Assembly (NCBI RefSeq): GCF_006345805.1
Contig: NC_043014.1
Span: forward strand, 19,282,001 to 19,346,000
Origin: Octopus sinensis
Taxonomy: Eukaryota
DNA: 64,000 nucleotides
Direction: 5' to 3'
Shown here: one piece after another, positions 52,885 through 63,299 of the stretch
Layout: the number at the start of each line of letters is the position of its first letter
How positions within the stretch are numbered: the stretch's first letter is position 1
The notes under the pieces: generated by a model
Database searches by the model: none
The model's input: the letters and a program-made list of their open reading frames with translations, nothing else
What the model was told of the DNA's origin: nothing
Translations under genes and position numbers: made by a program

Positions 52885-53049
52885 CCTACAAGCGTAACTG
52901 CGTGATAAAAATGCTGCTTCCCAAACGCATGATTCCGAATTCAGTCTCAGTGCGTAGCAACTGAAACAAATTGCCAACCAAAGACTTCTGGGTAGATGTG
53001 GTAGTAGTAGACGGAAATTGGAAGAAGCCAGTCGTATACATATTTAAAC

Positions 53050-53096
<47 letters not shown>

Positions 53097-53335
53097 TGGT
53101 GTACATATATATATATATATATATGGGTGGCAGTGTTTGTGTGTGAGCGCGCGTGTGATTTTGGCTTAGGTTTGCTTACAGCCTCAACTCAGCAGTTCGG
53201 AAAAAGAAACCGATAGAATAAGTACCAGGGTTTTAAAAATGTACTGGGTTCGATTCGTTCACTCTGAACCTCTTCAAGAAGGTGCAGCAACAGAATCACA
53301 GTCGAATGACTGACACAAGTCAAAGATAAAAGATA
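52885..53335 (+). mobile_element. Fragmented SINE family B interrupted by microsatellites
   Basis: tgcttcccaaacgcatgattccg..ttcagtc head; ggtagacggaaa.tgaagaagcc.gtcgtata; gaaaccgatagaataagtacc tail. Confidence 0.65.
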
Positions 53336-54424
53336 AAAGAAACTTAAATCTTCCAGAATTTGGTAAGAAATTAAATACGATGGATTTGATAATAGAGCGT
53401 AAGGCAATGAGTGTAAATGGTGCATCAGTCTCATCAAAAGGGACGAGTTCCTGTGAGTTTCTAATCCAAAGCTAGAGAGTCGCGATTGCAAAGCCTATGG
53501 ATTAACAAATAACATGCTGATAGAATAACTGTCTGTGTTTTATCATCGAAATCAAATTAGGGACTTTGCTTGACGGTAGTTAACTATTTTACACCGTTTT
53601 ACATCACAAATTTCAGTTGCTGATTTTTATGAACAGATAAGATAGATGACGTAGATAACATACACGAGATTAGATAAATAAGATGATATAAATAAAATAA
53701 ATATGGTAAATGATTCGAACTGAGATAAATGCAGCTATATAAAAGAGGATAAATAATAAGAAAATATAGATAGTAGAAAAGAAGATTGGTAACATAACCC
53801 AAACGAGTTAGTGATAACTTAGATAAGGTTAATAATAGAGGCATGATAGATAAGATAATATTCTATAGATATGATAGATGGCATAAAATATATTAGAGAG
53901 GAGAGATATGGTACTACAGTTAAGGAAAATCAAAATAAGGTAGGTGTGATGAGATAAGTTTCAACAGATAAAATACAATAGATAAAGCATATAAGACAGA
54001 AGATTGATGCAGTAGAATAAAATCGATAGTATAGGCAACATCATCAAGGCAGAAAAAAATGAGATTTCTAAGGCAGATAAAATAGATAAATAAAATAAAT
54101 ATAAGACAGAAAAAATAGATATGACAGATAGAATTGGCTACATAGAGAAAATAGCTGAAATAGTTAAGATTGTTAAGATGAATCTAATATAGAAAACAAA
54201 TAAAATAAATTTGCATGAAACAGATAACATAGTTATGTTTAAAGAGATATAAGATCAACAAGCATAGAAAGTATAAAATAAGATAAGTAATATCGAGCAG
54301 ATCGAAGAGAAGATATGAATGATTGGGAATTCACGGTGGTGTGGATTGCATGAAAGCGGGAAAATATTCACTTTTTAAAAGTGTTGAATAGTTTTTATCC
54401 AAAGTTTAATCTATTTGGCTTAAT

Positions 54425-54489
<65 letters not shown>

Positions 54490-54517
54490 ACACACAGACA
54501 CACACAGACACACACAC

Positions 54518-54713
54518 AGAGGAGTGGCTAAGTAGTAAGTAGCTTGCTACAGGCGCAGGTGTGGATATGTGACAGGTAGCTTGGTTACCGACCACATGGT
54601 TCCGGCTTCAGTCCCACTGCATGGCACCTTGGGTAAGTGTCTTCTACTGTAGCCTCGGGTCGGCCAAAGCCTTGTGAGTGGACTTAGTAGAGGGAAACTG
54701 AAAGAATCCTGTC

Positions 54714-54753
<40 letters not shown>

Positions 54754-54985
54754 ATGTATGTTAGTATGTGCTTTTGTGTGTCTTTGTTTGACCTCCCAAC
54801 ATCGCTTCACAATCGATGTTGGTGTGTTTACGTTCCCGTAACCCGTAACTTAACAGTTCGGCAAAAACACCAAAAGAATAAGTACTAGGCTTATAAACAA
54901 TAAGTATTGGGGTCGATTTGCTGGACTAGAAGCGATGCTCCAGCATGGCCGCAGTCAAATGACTGAAACGAGTAGCCGAATAAAA
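54518..54985 (+). mobile_element. SINE family B
   Basis: caggtgtggatatgtg...accacatggttccggcttcagtcccactgcatggcaccttggg...ccagcatggccgcagtcaaatgactgaaac. Confidence 0.9.
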
Positions 54986-55081
54986 TAATAAAAGAATATA
55001 TGTATATAATTATATAAGGGAGCTGATTTTGTCGAGTGAAAATGTACCATGTCTTACAGCGAGTGGTAGGTTTTAAATTAG

Positions 55082-55460
55082 GTAACACAATGGCCCAGTG
55101 GTTAGGGCAGCAGACTCACGGTCATAGGATCCCGGTTTCGATTCCCAAACCAGGCGTTGTGAGTGTTTATTGAGGGTAAACACCTAAAGCTCCACGATTC
55201 TCCGGCAAGGGATAGTGGCGAACCCTGCTGTACTCTTTCACCACAACTTTCTATAACTCTTACATCCTGTTTCTGTTTTGCCTGTAATTCAAAGGACCAG
55301 CCTTGTCTCATTGTGTCACGCTGAATATCTCCGAGGACTACGTAAATGGTACACGTGTATGTGGAGTGCTCATCCATTTGCAGGTTAATTTCACGAGCAA
55401 GCTGTTCCGTTGATCGGATCAACTGGAACCCTCGTCGTCGTAAGCGACGGAGTGCCAACA
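55082..55460 (+). mobile_element. SINE family C
   Basis: caatggcccagtggttagggcagcagactc...cgacggagtgccaac end. Confidence 0.9.
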
Positions 55461-55769
55461 AAATACACCGGTAAAATACCAAACCGGTTTCTTAAGTCGT
55501 TGTTCTTTCAATTGTAAATAAAATGTTGGGGAGAGATTGAATGTACAAAGGAAAATTTGCAAAACCAAGCTTAAAAGTTCAAATGTTCATAAAAATTAAA
55601 ATATTCCATAAATTTTACGGAGAGGGACAAGGATAAAATTTCAAAATGTTCGATAATATATATTCAAATGTTCTCATTGAAATTTATTGAATATTGAAAT
55701 ATTTAAGCATGTTTTTCGAAATGTTCCCCCTACATTCAATCTCCCCTATCCGTTGGAAAAAGCTCTCCT

Positions 55770-55817
<48 letters not shown>

Positions 55818-55819
<2 letters not shown>

Positions 55820-56027
55820 CGGGAAGCTTTATGAAAATAGACAAAAGACGAAGGCAGGTGGAAAACAAACAAACAATTGTATTAGTATGGCGCTCAGGAA
55901 ATATAAATAAAACAAGTCTTTAACGTTTCGAGCCTACGCTCTTCAACAGAAAGATACACAGAGAGAAAAAAACACAGAAAGAAGAGAGAAAAAAATGCGT
56001 GCAGTAACTAACGAATCAACATGGCGA
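55818..56027 (-). mobile_element. Hammerhead-bearing short repeat (family E) inside (TA)n
   Basis: Homologous to 12841-13060; flanked on both sides by (TA)n. Confidence 0.78.
55917..55954 (-). ncRNA. Minimal type I hammerhead-like motif, family E (core CUGUUGA)
   Basis: Reverse strand tcttt-CTGTTGA-a-gagc-gtag-gctc-GAAA-CG-TT-aaaga. Perfect stems I and II, palindromic ACGT stem III. Confidence 0.62.
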
Positions 56028-56030
56028 TAT

Positions 56031-56073
<43 letters not shown>

Positions 56074-56109
56074 CATTTTGTTCGCTTCTTCGCAAAGTTT
56101 ATGACGTTG

Positions 56110-56270
56110 TAGATACAGGAAATGATCTGTGATTGAGGGGTTTGTTTTGCAATCACGTAGTTTCCGGTTCAGTCCCACTGCGCGATACCGGGCAACTATC
56201 TTCTACTATAGCCATGGTCCAGCCAAACCCTTGTAAATGAACCTACGAAACGGAAACAGTATAGAACCCG

Positions 56271-56339
<69 letters not shown>

Positions 56340-56940
56340 TGTGTGTGTGTGTCTGTGTGGTAAAAAGCTTGCTTTCCAAACACATGATTCTGGGTTCAGT
56401 CACACTTTTTAGCACCTTCGGCAACTATCTTCTACTATAGTCTCGGGCCGACCTAAGCCTTGTGAGTGGATTTGGTAGATGGAAACTGAAAGAAGCCTGT
56501 CGTATATATACATATATATGTCTATGTGTCTATGATTTCCCCCATCACCACTGTGTTTGTCCCCCCCCCACTATCACTAGTGTTGGTGTGTCTACGAACC
56601 TGTAGCATAGCGGTTCGGTTCCAGACAGCAATAAGAATAAGAACTAGGTTTACAAAGTGGTCGATTTGTTCGACTAAAACCCCTAAGGCGGTGCTCCAGC
56701 ATGATCGCAGTCAAATGACTGAAGCAAATAAAAGAATAGATTAAAGAATTGTGTGTGCGTGTGTGTGTGTGTTCATCGTTGTGTTTGTCCCCTTAACAGC
56801 AGTTGCTGGTTTGTTTACCTCCCCGTAACTGAGTAGTTCTATAAAAGAGACCAATAGAAGTAACAGATTTAAAAATAGAAATTAGTCCTTGGGTCGCTCC
56901 AGCATGGACGCAAACTAATAACTGAAACAAGTAAAAAAAA
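56110..56940 (+). mobile_element. Cluster of SINE family B copies (56110-56270, 56340-56735, 56760-56940)
   Basis: Repeated ttcagtcccactgcg / tcttctactatag / gcggtgctccagcatg motifs. Confidence 0.82.
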
Positions 56941-58020
56941 ATTAAAAAACAGAGTGCATATATATATGTATACATTCTGTTTACGCTGATCATTAATATT
57001 TATTCCAATCGAGCCACATCACTATTAGAACTGCAGTATGTTTGCACGTTAACCGAAGCAGCTATTAATTTATAAGAATTCCATTCGAAGCCAACTATGG
57101 AGCATGCCGTTTCTTCTATTGAAAAGTGTTGTGAATCCCATCAATGACAGGAACATTGCTTCGTTTCGGTCCATATATATTGGTATTAAAACTTAGCGAT
57201 GTTTTTTATGAAAAATAAACTTCACTATTATGTGACGGTCTACAAACCATAGTGAGCACCGCTACTTCTTCAACTCAGTATACAACTTCTTTGTGCAATA
57301 TACATACACAAATACACACACACACACATACACACATACACACACACATGTAAAGATGCTCTCAAACAACCAAAGAGAAAACAGCATGAAATAATGTTTT
57401 TTTAAAAGTGCAGAAAAGTTTTTTTTTATTAGCATGTCATATTAAGAAACATCGAACAGAGTTACAATTTCCACTGATCATTTTTCTATTTGAGATGATT
57501 CAATTCAAGAATAATTCATAGAGTTTTGAAGAGACGAAAGTGTTGCTTCTTACCAGGTTTCTCTAAGTCCTGTAATGCTGAATCGTACTGAATCAAAGCG
57601 TATCGGAAACAAACACTACTGCTTATTTTCTGTGATTTCTCTACACGGAAACACTTTTTTTTTTTTTTTACTTGTCTCTGACTCTTCATAGTAGCAGACT
57701 TCTAAAAAAAGGTTTCATACAATAATTCAAAAAGCAAACATCATCTAAATATACCTATGTGTGTGCGTGTGTGCGTGTATGTCTGTGTGTACCTGTACAT
57801 GTATATATATGCACATACATATGCGCCTATATATATGTATGTCTACAAGTTTATGTATGTACGTCTATATATATATATATATATATATACATACATATAT
57901 ACATGCATATATATTTATATATATATATATATACATACATACATACATACATACATACATACATACACACATACACACACACACATAATAGTAAGAGAAA
58001 TTATTACTTGGATTAATATA

Positions 58021-59034
58021 TCATGAAATTCTGTAGGAGGAGCTGGACGTAAGTGTAAGGCGACTACTAACAGTCTTTAGCGAGTCTTTGAACGATTGTT
58101 TATTTTTGACCTTTCGGCACATATTAGTGATTTCCCGACGAAAACTGCGGCCGCTGGCGATGTAGACAAAGAAGTTTAAGACGTTATTTGTGTAGGAGAA
58201 CATATGCACAAAAGTGTATATTGGAACGAGTCCTTTGTGGAAATCACTAGTTTTATCAGTAAATGTTATTAACATTCCAGTTAAAGAAAATGGTACAGTA
58301 AACACAAAGAACAAAATATTGATCGATAAAATTAATCCCATGTTCTTGTTGTTTTGATTGATGTGGTCGTCGTGAATCTGTGATTGTGATGTCAAAAACT
58401 TTCTTCTCTCCAAGAGATGCTTCACAATAAAATATACACATATGGTACACACTATCAGCGGAATAAAACAGTACATGCAATAGAATATTACATACTTCAC
58501 ACGTTCGTAGATTTCTGGTTCAATTTCTTGACATATAGTTTTTGAAGTTTCATTGTTAGCGATGGTTTTTTCGATGAATTTGTAATAAAAAAGTACTGGC
58601 GAGTAAACTAGTCCTATAACAAATATGGCAATAAAAAGCACGCAGAAGTTCTTCACTTTCTTCCGATTTCGAGTGAAGCTGCTACCCAGAGGAGATGAAA
58701 CCGCAATTGCCCGTTCTGTTGTTATTATTGCAATGATCCACGAAGAGAGAGATAAAAATGTTTTATCGAAGAACGGCAACGCTTTACAGAGGAAAATTGA
58801 ACTGTTTCTGATGCGTATATTGTAGACGAATCGTAACCATTTGTCCACAAAACAAATAGACAGCACAAATACGTCGCTAACAGATAAAGCAGTAAGGAAA
58901 AAATTGATGGTAATACGTCGCTGTGTTTTCTGTGATAGAATCAAGATGGAAAATATGTTCGATATAATTCCAATTGGAAGTACAGTGTAACCATAGTAGA
59001 GAAGGATCTGAGGTAAAATTTGGTAAAATGACAT
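58021..59034 (-). CDS. Class A GPCR, uninterrupted ORF, 337 aa; paralogue (GPCR-3)
   Basis: TM1 SN, TM2 LSVSD, TM3 CKALPFFD...ERA, TM5 FIP, TM6 FFVFTVP, TM7 NNVLNFFVY, helix 8 FRREI. Confidence 0.95.
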   Translation of the reverse strand: MSFYQILPQILLYYGYTVLPIGIISNIFSILILSQKTQRRITINFFLTALSVSDVFVLSICFVDKWLRFVYNIRIRNSSIFLCKALPFFDKTFLSLSSWIIAIITTERAIAVSSPLGSSFTRNRKKVKNFCVLFIAIFVIGLVYSPVLFYYKFIEKTIANNETSKTICQEIEPEIYERVKYVIFYCMYCFIPLIVCTICVYFIVKHLLERRKFLTSQSQIHDDHINQNNKNMGLILSINILFFVFTVPFSLTGMLITFTDKTSDFHKGLVPIYTFVHMFSYTNNVLNFFVYIASGRSFRREITNMCRKVKNKQSFKDSLKTVSSRLTLTSSSSYRIS

Positions 59035-59614
59035 CTTGAGACTAAAAAATAATTACATTGGATTCAAGTGAAGTTAATTCACAGTCAGGTGTCTGACAGT
59101 CTTTCCATACAAGTGATTGCTGCATAATTTCTTGTCTTAACATCGACGTGTACTCTCTCTTTCTGTCACTCTCTCCCCCGTTTTCACTCTTAGTCTCTCC
59201 TATGCTCTGTGGACACGTCAGTTTTCTCTCCCTCTTACTCTATGTACTTATGTGCCTCTTTTTCTGTCACTCTATCATTATTTTATTATATTTCTTCCTC
59301 TCTGTTTATTTTTCTCTCGAACTGTCACATCCCACACTTGTGTAAAAAACGAATGGATTAATTGTAGCGTTAGCGTGGTGGAATAAATCAACTGAAACCG
59401 AGGCAGTTCTGAGTTAAAATATGTTTGATTTCTACTCTATGTCCCGTTGTATTTTGACGAAATAAATATCAGTAATATAAATTACCGTATATCACACGCG
59501 AGTTAAAAATTGCATTCGAGAAGTTAAAATTAATAGATCTCAATATACTTGTGGAGAAAACGGCCCTGCGGGAATTTTATTACTCCGTCTTCGGATATTG
59601 ATAACCTTTGTATA

Positions 59615-59822
59615 TACAAGTGGGTGCTGAAAACTTTCTGGCTTTGGTTAAAAGAAAATACAGGAGGTTCACTTAATTATGTGTGTGTGACTGTATATAA
59701 CTGTCTTCCACATATTCCCCTCTCAGATTCAGATTTATTGCAGCGGCCTTTTCGCTTTCTAAGCCTCTAGCCAGACCTTTCGCGATACTCTTAAAGCCAG
59801 TAACTTTTCAGCACCCTGTCAT
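59615..59822. mobile_element. Tc1/mariner-type MITE
   Basis: 24-bp TIRs, 22/24 matching: gggtgctgaaaactttctggcttt (59622-59645) / aaagccagtaacttttcagcaccc (59793-59816). Confidence 0.75.
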
Positions 59823-59925
59823 ATGTGTGAGTGTGTGTGCGTGTGTGTGTGTGTGTGTTAAATTAAATGAGACAACGATGCCAAGGCAGTATGAATTTTC
59901 TAGGACATTTATAAAGAAAAAGGTA

Positions 59926-59973
59926 GTCTTACAACTGTTTCAGGTACATGAGGGATACCCCTTCATCAGAGAC
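59926..59973 (-). ncRNA. Minimal type I hammerhead ribozyme (family F)
   Basis: Reverse strand gtct-CTGATGA-aggggtatccctcatgtacct-GAAA-CAGTTG-TA-agac. Stem I gtct/agac, near-palindromic stem III ACAGTTGT, GUA triplet. Confidence 0.68.
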
Positions 59974-60124
59974 GATATGAGAGAGTTAAATAGAGGAAAA
60001 TAGCAGAGTTCAATATCAGAAGTTATTTTGGAACTAGAGAGATATAGGAAGTATAAATGAAAATATACATATATCGGAATTGAAAAACAGAGGCCCAAAT
60101 ATCTTTCCCTAGAAGCCATTTTAA

Positions 60125-60216
<92 letters not shown>

Positions 60217-60448
60217 TATATATATGTATAGATATATATACTTGAATAATTGAATGAATTATCTTATTAAGGATAATTCGAAAGATAACCGATACCTGGG
60301 TAGCAAATTCACATAAGAAAGAACACGGTTGAAGCTACGTCCCTAAGGCATAGACTACGTGTCTTCGTGCGGAAATTTGTATGTTTATTTTAAAATTATA
60401 AGTATATGAAAGAATGGAGTTGAACGACTAGTTAACAAATATCCTTTA

Positions 60449-60531
60449 TTCTCGACATATGTTTCGAAGGCTGCATATTACTAATTCCGAAGGAATAAGG
60501 AGTACATTATGCAGATTTCTCTTCAGGAAAA
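60449..60531 (-). ncRNA. Type I hammerhead ribozyme (family G), left arm
   Basis: ttttc-CTGAAGA-gaaatctgcata...tatgcagccttc-GAAA-CATATG-TC-gagaa. Palindromic stem III ACATATGT, GUC triplet, extended stem II. Confidence 0.75.
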
Positions 60532-61690
60532 TCAAGGAACTTATGTCGACATCAAAATGCACAAAAAACTTTTAGCTGACCGCTCTCAAGGAGCCCATGG
60601 CGATAATGAGTGTCTCTTTATAATGAGTGACGTCAGAGTGGCTGAATGTAGAAGCATCTCGAAGTTTCTAAAGGTTCAAGAGTTCAAACGAAGTAGGAGA
60701 GGGAGGCATGAGCATAGTAAGGTGAGAGGGTGCAGGTCAAAAGAATGGTGGGTTTAAATGATTTCTTTTGTGAATGAGTGCCTGTGTGTGTGACTGTATA
60801 TAACTGTCTTAATGTGTGTATGTGTGTGTCTGAATGCGTGATTGTGTTTGTGGATGGGTAGATGTCAGAAAACTGACAGCTGTGAGTTGAAAGGTCTGTA
60901 TCTGTGTGTTCGATTATGTTTGCTGTAGGGAAAGGAAAGTAGATAGCGAAAGGGAGAAAGAATCGGGCGAGGTGAGAGGCAACGCAGAAATGGATAGTAG
61001 TAATTGGGAATATAAGAAAATCTTTTTTGACTAATGGGGTGAAATATAGCAAAAAATTTTTTGGGAAATCGAGGGGTTATCTATATTAGTCACTATTTAT
61101 AAGAATGAAAGGTGTGTCTTTTCCAGTGTAAGCACCTGTAGGATCTTTCGACGATTGTGTTCATTAAAGGGCCTTTAGCGAACAAAATCGTCAATAAAGA
61201 TTTTCTTATATTCCCAATTACTACTATCCATTCCTGCATTGCCTCTCACCTCGCCCGATTCTTTCTCCCTTTCGCTATCTACTTTCCTTTCCCTACAGTA
61301 AACATAATCGAACACACATATACAGTCCTTTCAACTCACAGCTGTCAGTTTTCTGACATCTACCCATCCACAAACACAATCACGCATTCAGACACACACA
61401 TACACACATTAAGACAGTTATATACAGTCACACACACAGGCACTCATTCACAAAAGAAATCATTTAAACCCACCATTCTTTTGACCTGCACCCTCTCACC
61501 TTACTATTCTTATGCCCCCCTCCTCCTACTTGGTTTGAACTCTTGAACCTTTAGAAACTTCTAGATTCTTCTACATTCAGCCACTCTGACGTCACTCATT
61601 ATAAAGAGACACTCATTATCGCCATGGGCTCCTTGAGAGCGGTCAGCTAAAAGTTTTTTGTGCATTTTGATGTCGACATAAGTTCCTTGA

Positions 61691-61773
61691 TTTTCCTGAA
61701 GAGAAATCTGTATAATGTACTCCTTATTCTTTCGGAATTAGGAATATGCAACCTTCGAAACATATGTCGAGAA
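61691..61773 (+). ncRNA. Type I hammerhead ribozyme (family G), right arm
   Basis: ttttc-CTGAAGA-gaaatctgtata...tatgcaaccttc-GAAA-CATATG-TC-gagaa. Confidence 0.72.
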
Positions 61774-61826
61774 TAAAGGATATTTGTTAACTAGTCGTTC
61801 AACTCCATTCTTTCATATACTTATAA

Positions 61827-61879
<53 letters not shown>

Positions 61880-62007
61880 CTTTCTGCTCTCTCCTCCGTT
61901 CATTTGTTGATGTGGATGTTATTCACATTCACGAAATGGTAAGAATTGTGGAGCAGGGTTAAACTGCTATTATTTACATGCAAACGCATGTATACGAGCA
62001 TACACAC

Positions 62008-62038
<31 letters not shown>

Positions 62039-62904
62039 TGTATGTATGTATGTATGTATGTATAATTCAGACAAATTTAAAATATGCATCAGAAGTTGTT
62101 CTTAAAAAACAAAACCCAGCTGTTGTATTTTGAGAAATTTTTTTTCTATTTGAATGAAAATAGTTGACTTTTCAGGACACTTGATACATACTAGAATAAA
62201 TTATGAAATCGTTCGCGGATGATCGAAAAATCTCGCTTGCAGTTTCTTAGATTCAACGAATACAGTCTCTATCCAAAGTTTCTCCTTGTTGATAGTGCTT
62301 TGTTTTGTTCCTAAAGTTATTTCTAATCAAAATATCTATAGTTTGACTTATTTAAGGAGAATGATGGAAGGGTTAGTTTCAAATTGTTATTCAAATAATT
62401 GTACTATAACCTTACTAAAAGCAGTTCTAGAAATGAACGTATGGTGTACTGAAAACACCTGCAATTCATTACGATTCTCTCAAATTATTTATCGTACTTT
62501 ATATCTTTATTTCTTTATTCATTATCGATCACTCTGTGAATTGCATTTATTATATATTAAAAATGCAAATTAATTTCATTATTTCCTCTGAAATATTAGT
62601 TTGGGTTATTGATATTAAAGACAAAAACGCACTATGCATTATTTATATTATTTACATTATCTACGTTGTCCTCAACGTTTCGGAAGGGGAAATTTTAAAC
62701 CTGGGTTCTCATTCCTAAGGTATATTTTTCGATGTTATTATTATTAATATTATTAGTGTTGTTCAGGTCACTGCTTGGAATAGAACTCGGAATCTTGGGG
62801 TTAGTAACCCGCGATCTTAACCACTACACCATATGCCTGTGGGCAACTATGGAGTGAATTTTAGGGCTTATAAATCTAATATTTTTCTATTCTTCCTTAA
62901 TACC

Positions 62905-63133
62905 TATTACTACCCACAAGGGGTTAAACACAGAGGGGACAAACAAGGACAGACAAACGGATTAAGTCGATTACATCGAACCCAGTGCGTAACTGGTACT
63001 TATTTAATCGACCCCGAAAGGATGAAAGCCAAAGTCGACCTCGGCGGAATTTGAACTCAGAACGTAATGGCAGACGAAATACGGCTACACATTTCGCCTG
63101 GTGTGCTAACGTTTCTGCCAGCTCGCCGCCTTA
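62905..63133 (-). mobile_element. SINE family A inserted in the PLE, 16-bp TSD
   Basis: attcttccttaatacc at 62889-62904 and 63134-63149. Confidence 0.93.
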
Positions 63134-63253
63134 ATTCTTCCTTAATACCGGTTCCCATATGCTGCTCATATCTGCACTTTGTCTGCTTAGGAGGTTGTTG
63201 TATGCTTGCATATGTGCTGCTTCGTTTAGTTTTCCTATTTTTGTATTTTCCAA

Positions 63254-63299
63254 GACACCTGAAGAAGGCTGGAGGGTATATCAGCCGAAACGTTGTGTT
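63254..63299 (+). ncRNA. Minimal type I hammerhead ribozyme (family D), intact
   Basis: gacac-CTGAAGA-a-ggctg-gagggtatat-cagcc-GAAA-CG-TT-gtgtt. Confidence 0.8.

Larger units (their letters stand above)
60241..61831. mobile_element. Hammerhead-bearing element arranged as an ~640-bp inverted repeat (arms about 60393-61030 and 61190-61831), PLE-like
   Basis: Arms are near-identical reverse complements, each with a hammerhead; both outer ends abut (TA)n. Confidence 0.82.

Noticed and set aside
62766-62837. tRNA-like sequences as real tRNA genes (also 18379-18450, 19847-19916 and SINE heads at 48152 and 55085)
   Set aside because: A/B boxes are present but acceptor stems do not pair and all lie within repeats, so they are treated as Pol III-type heads.
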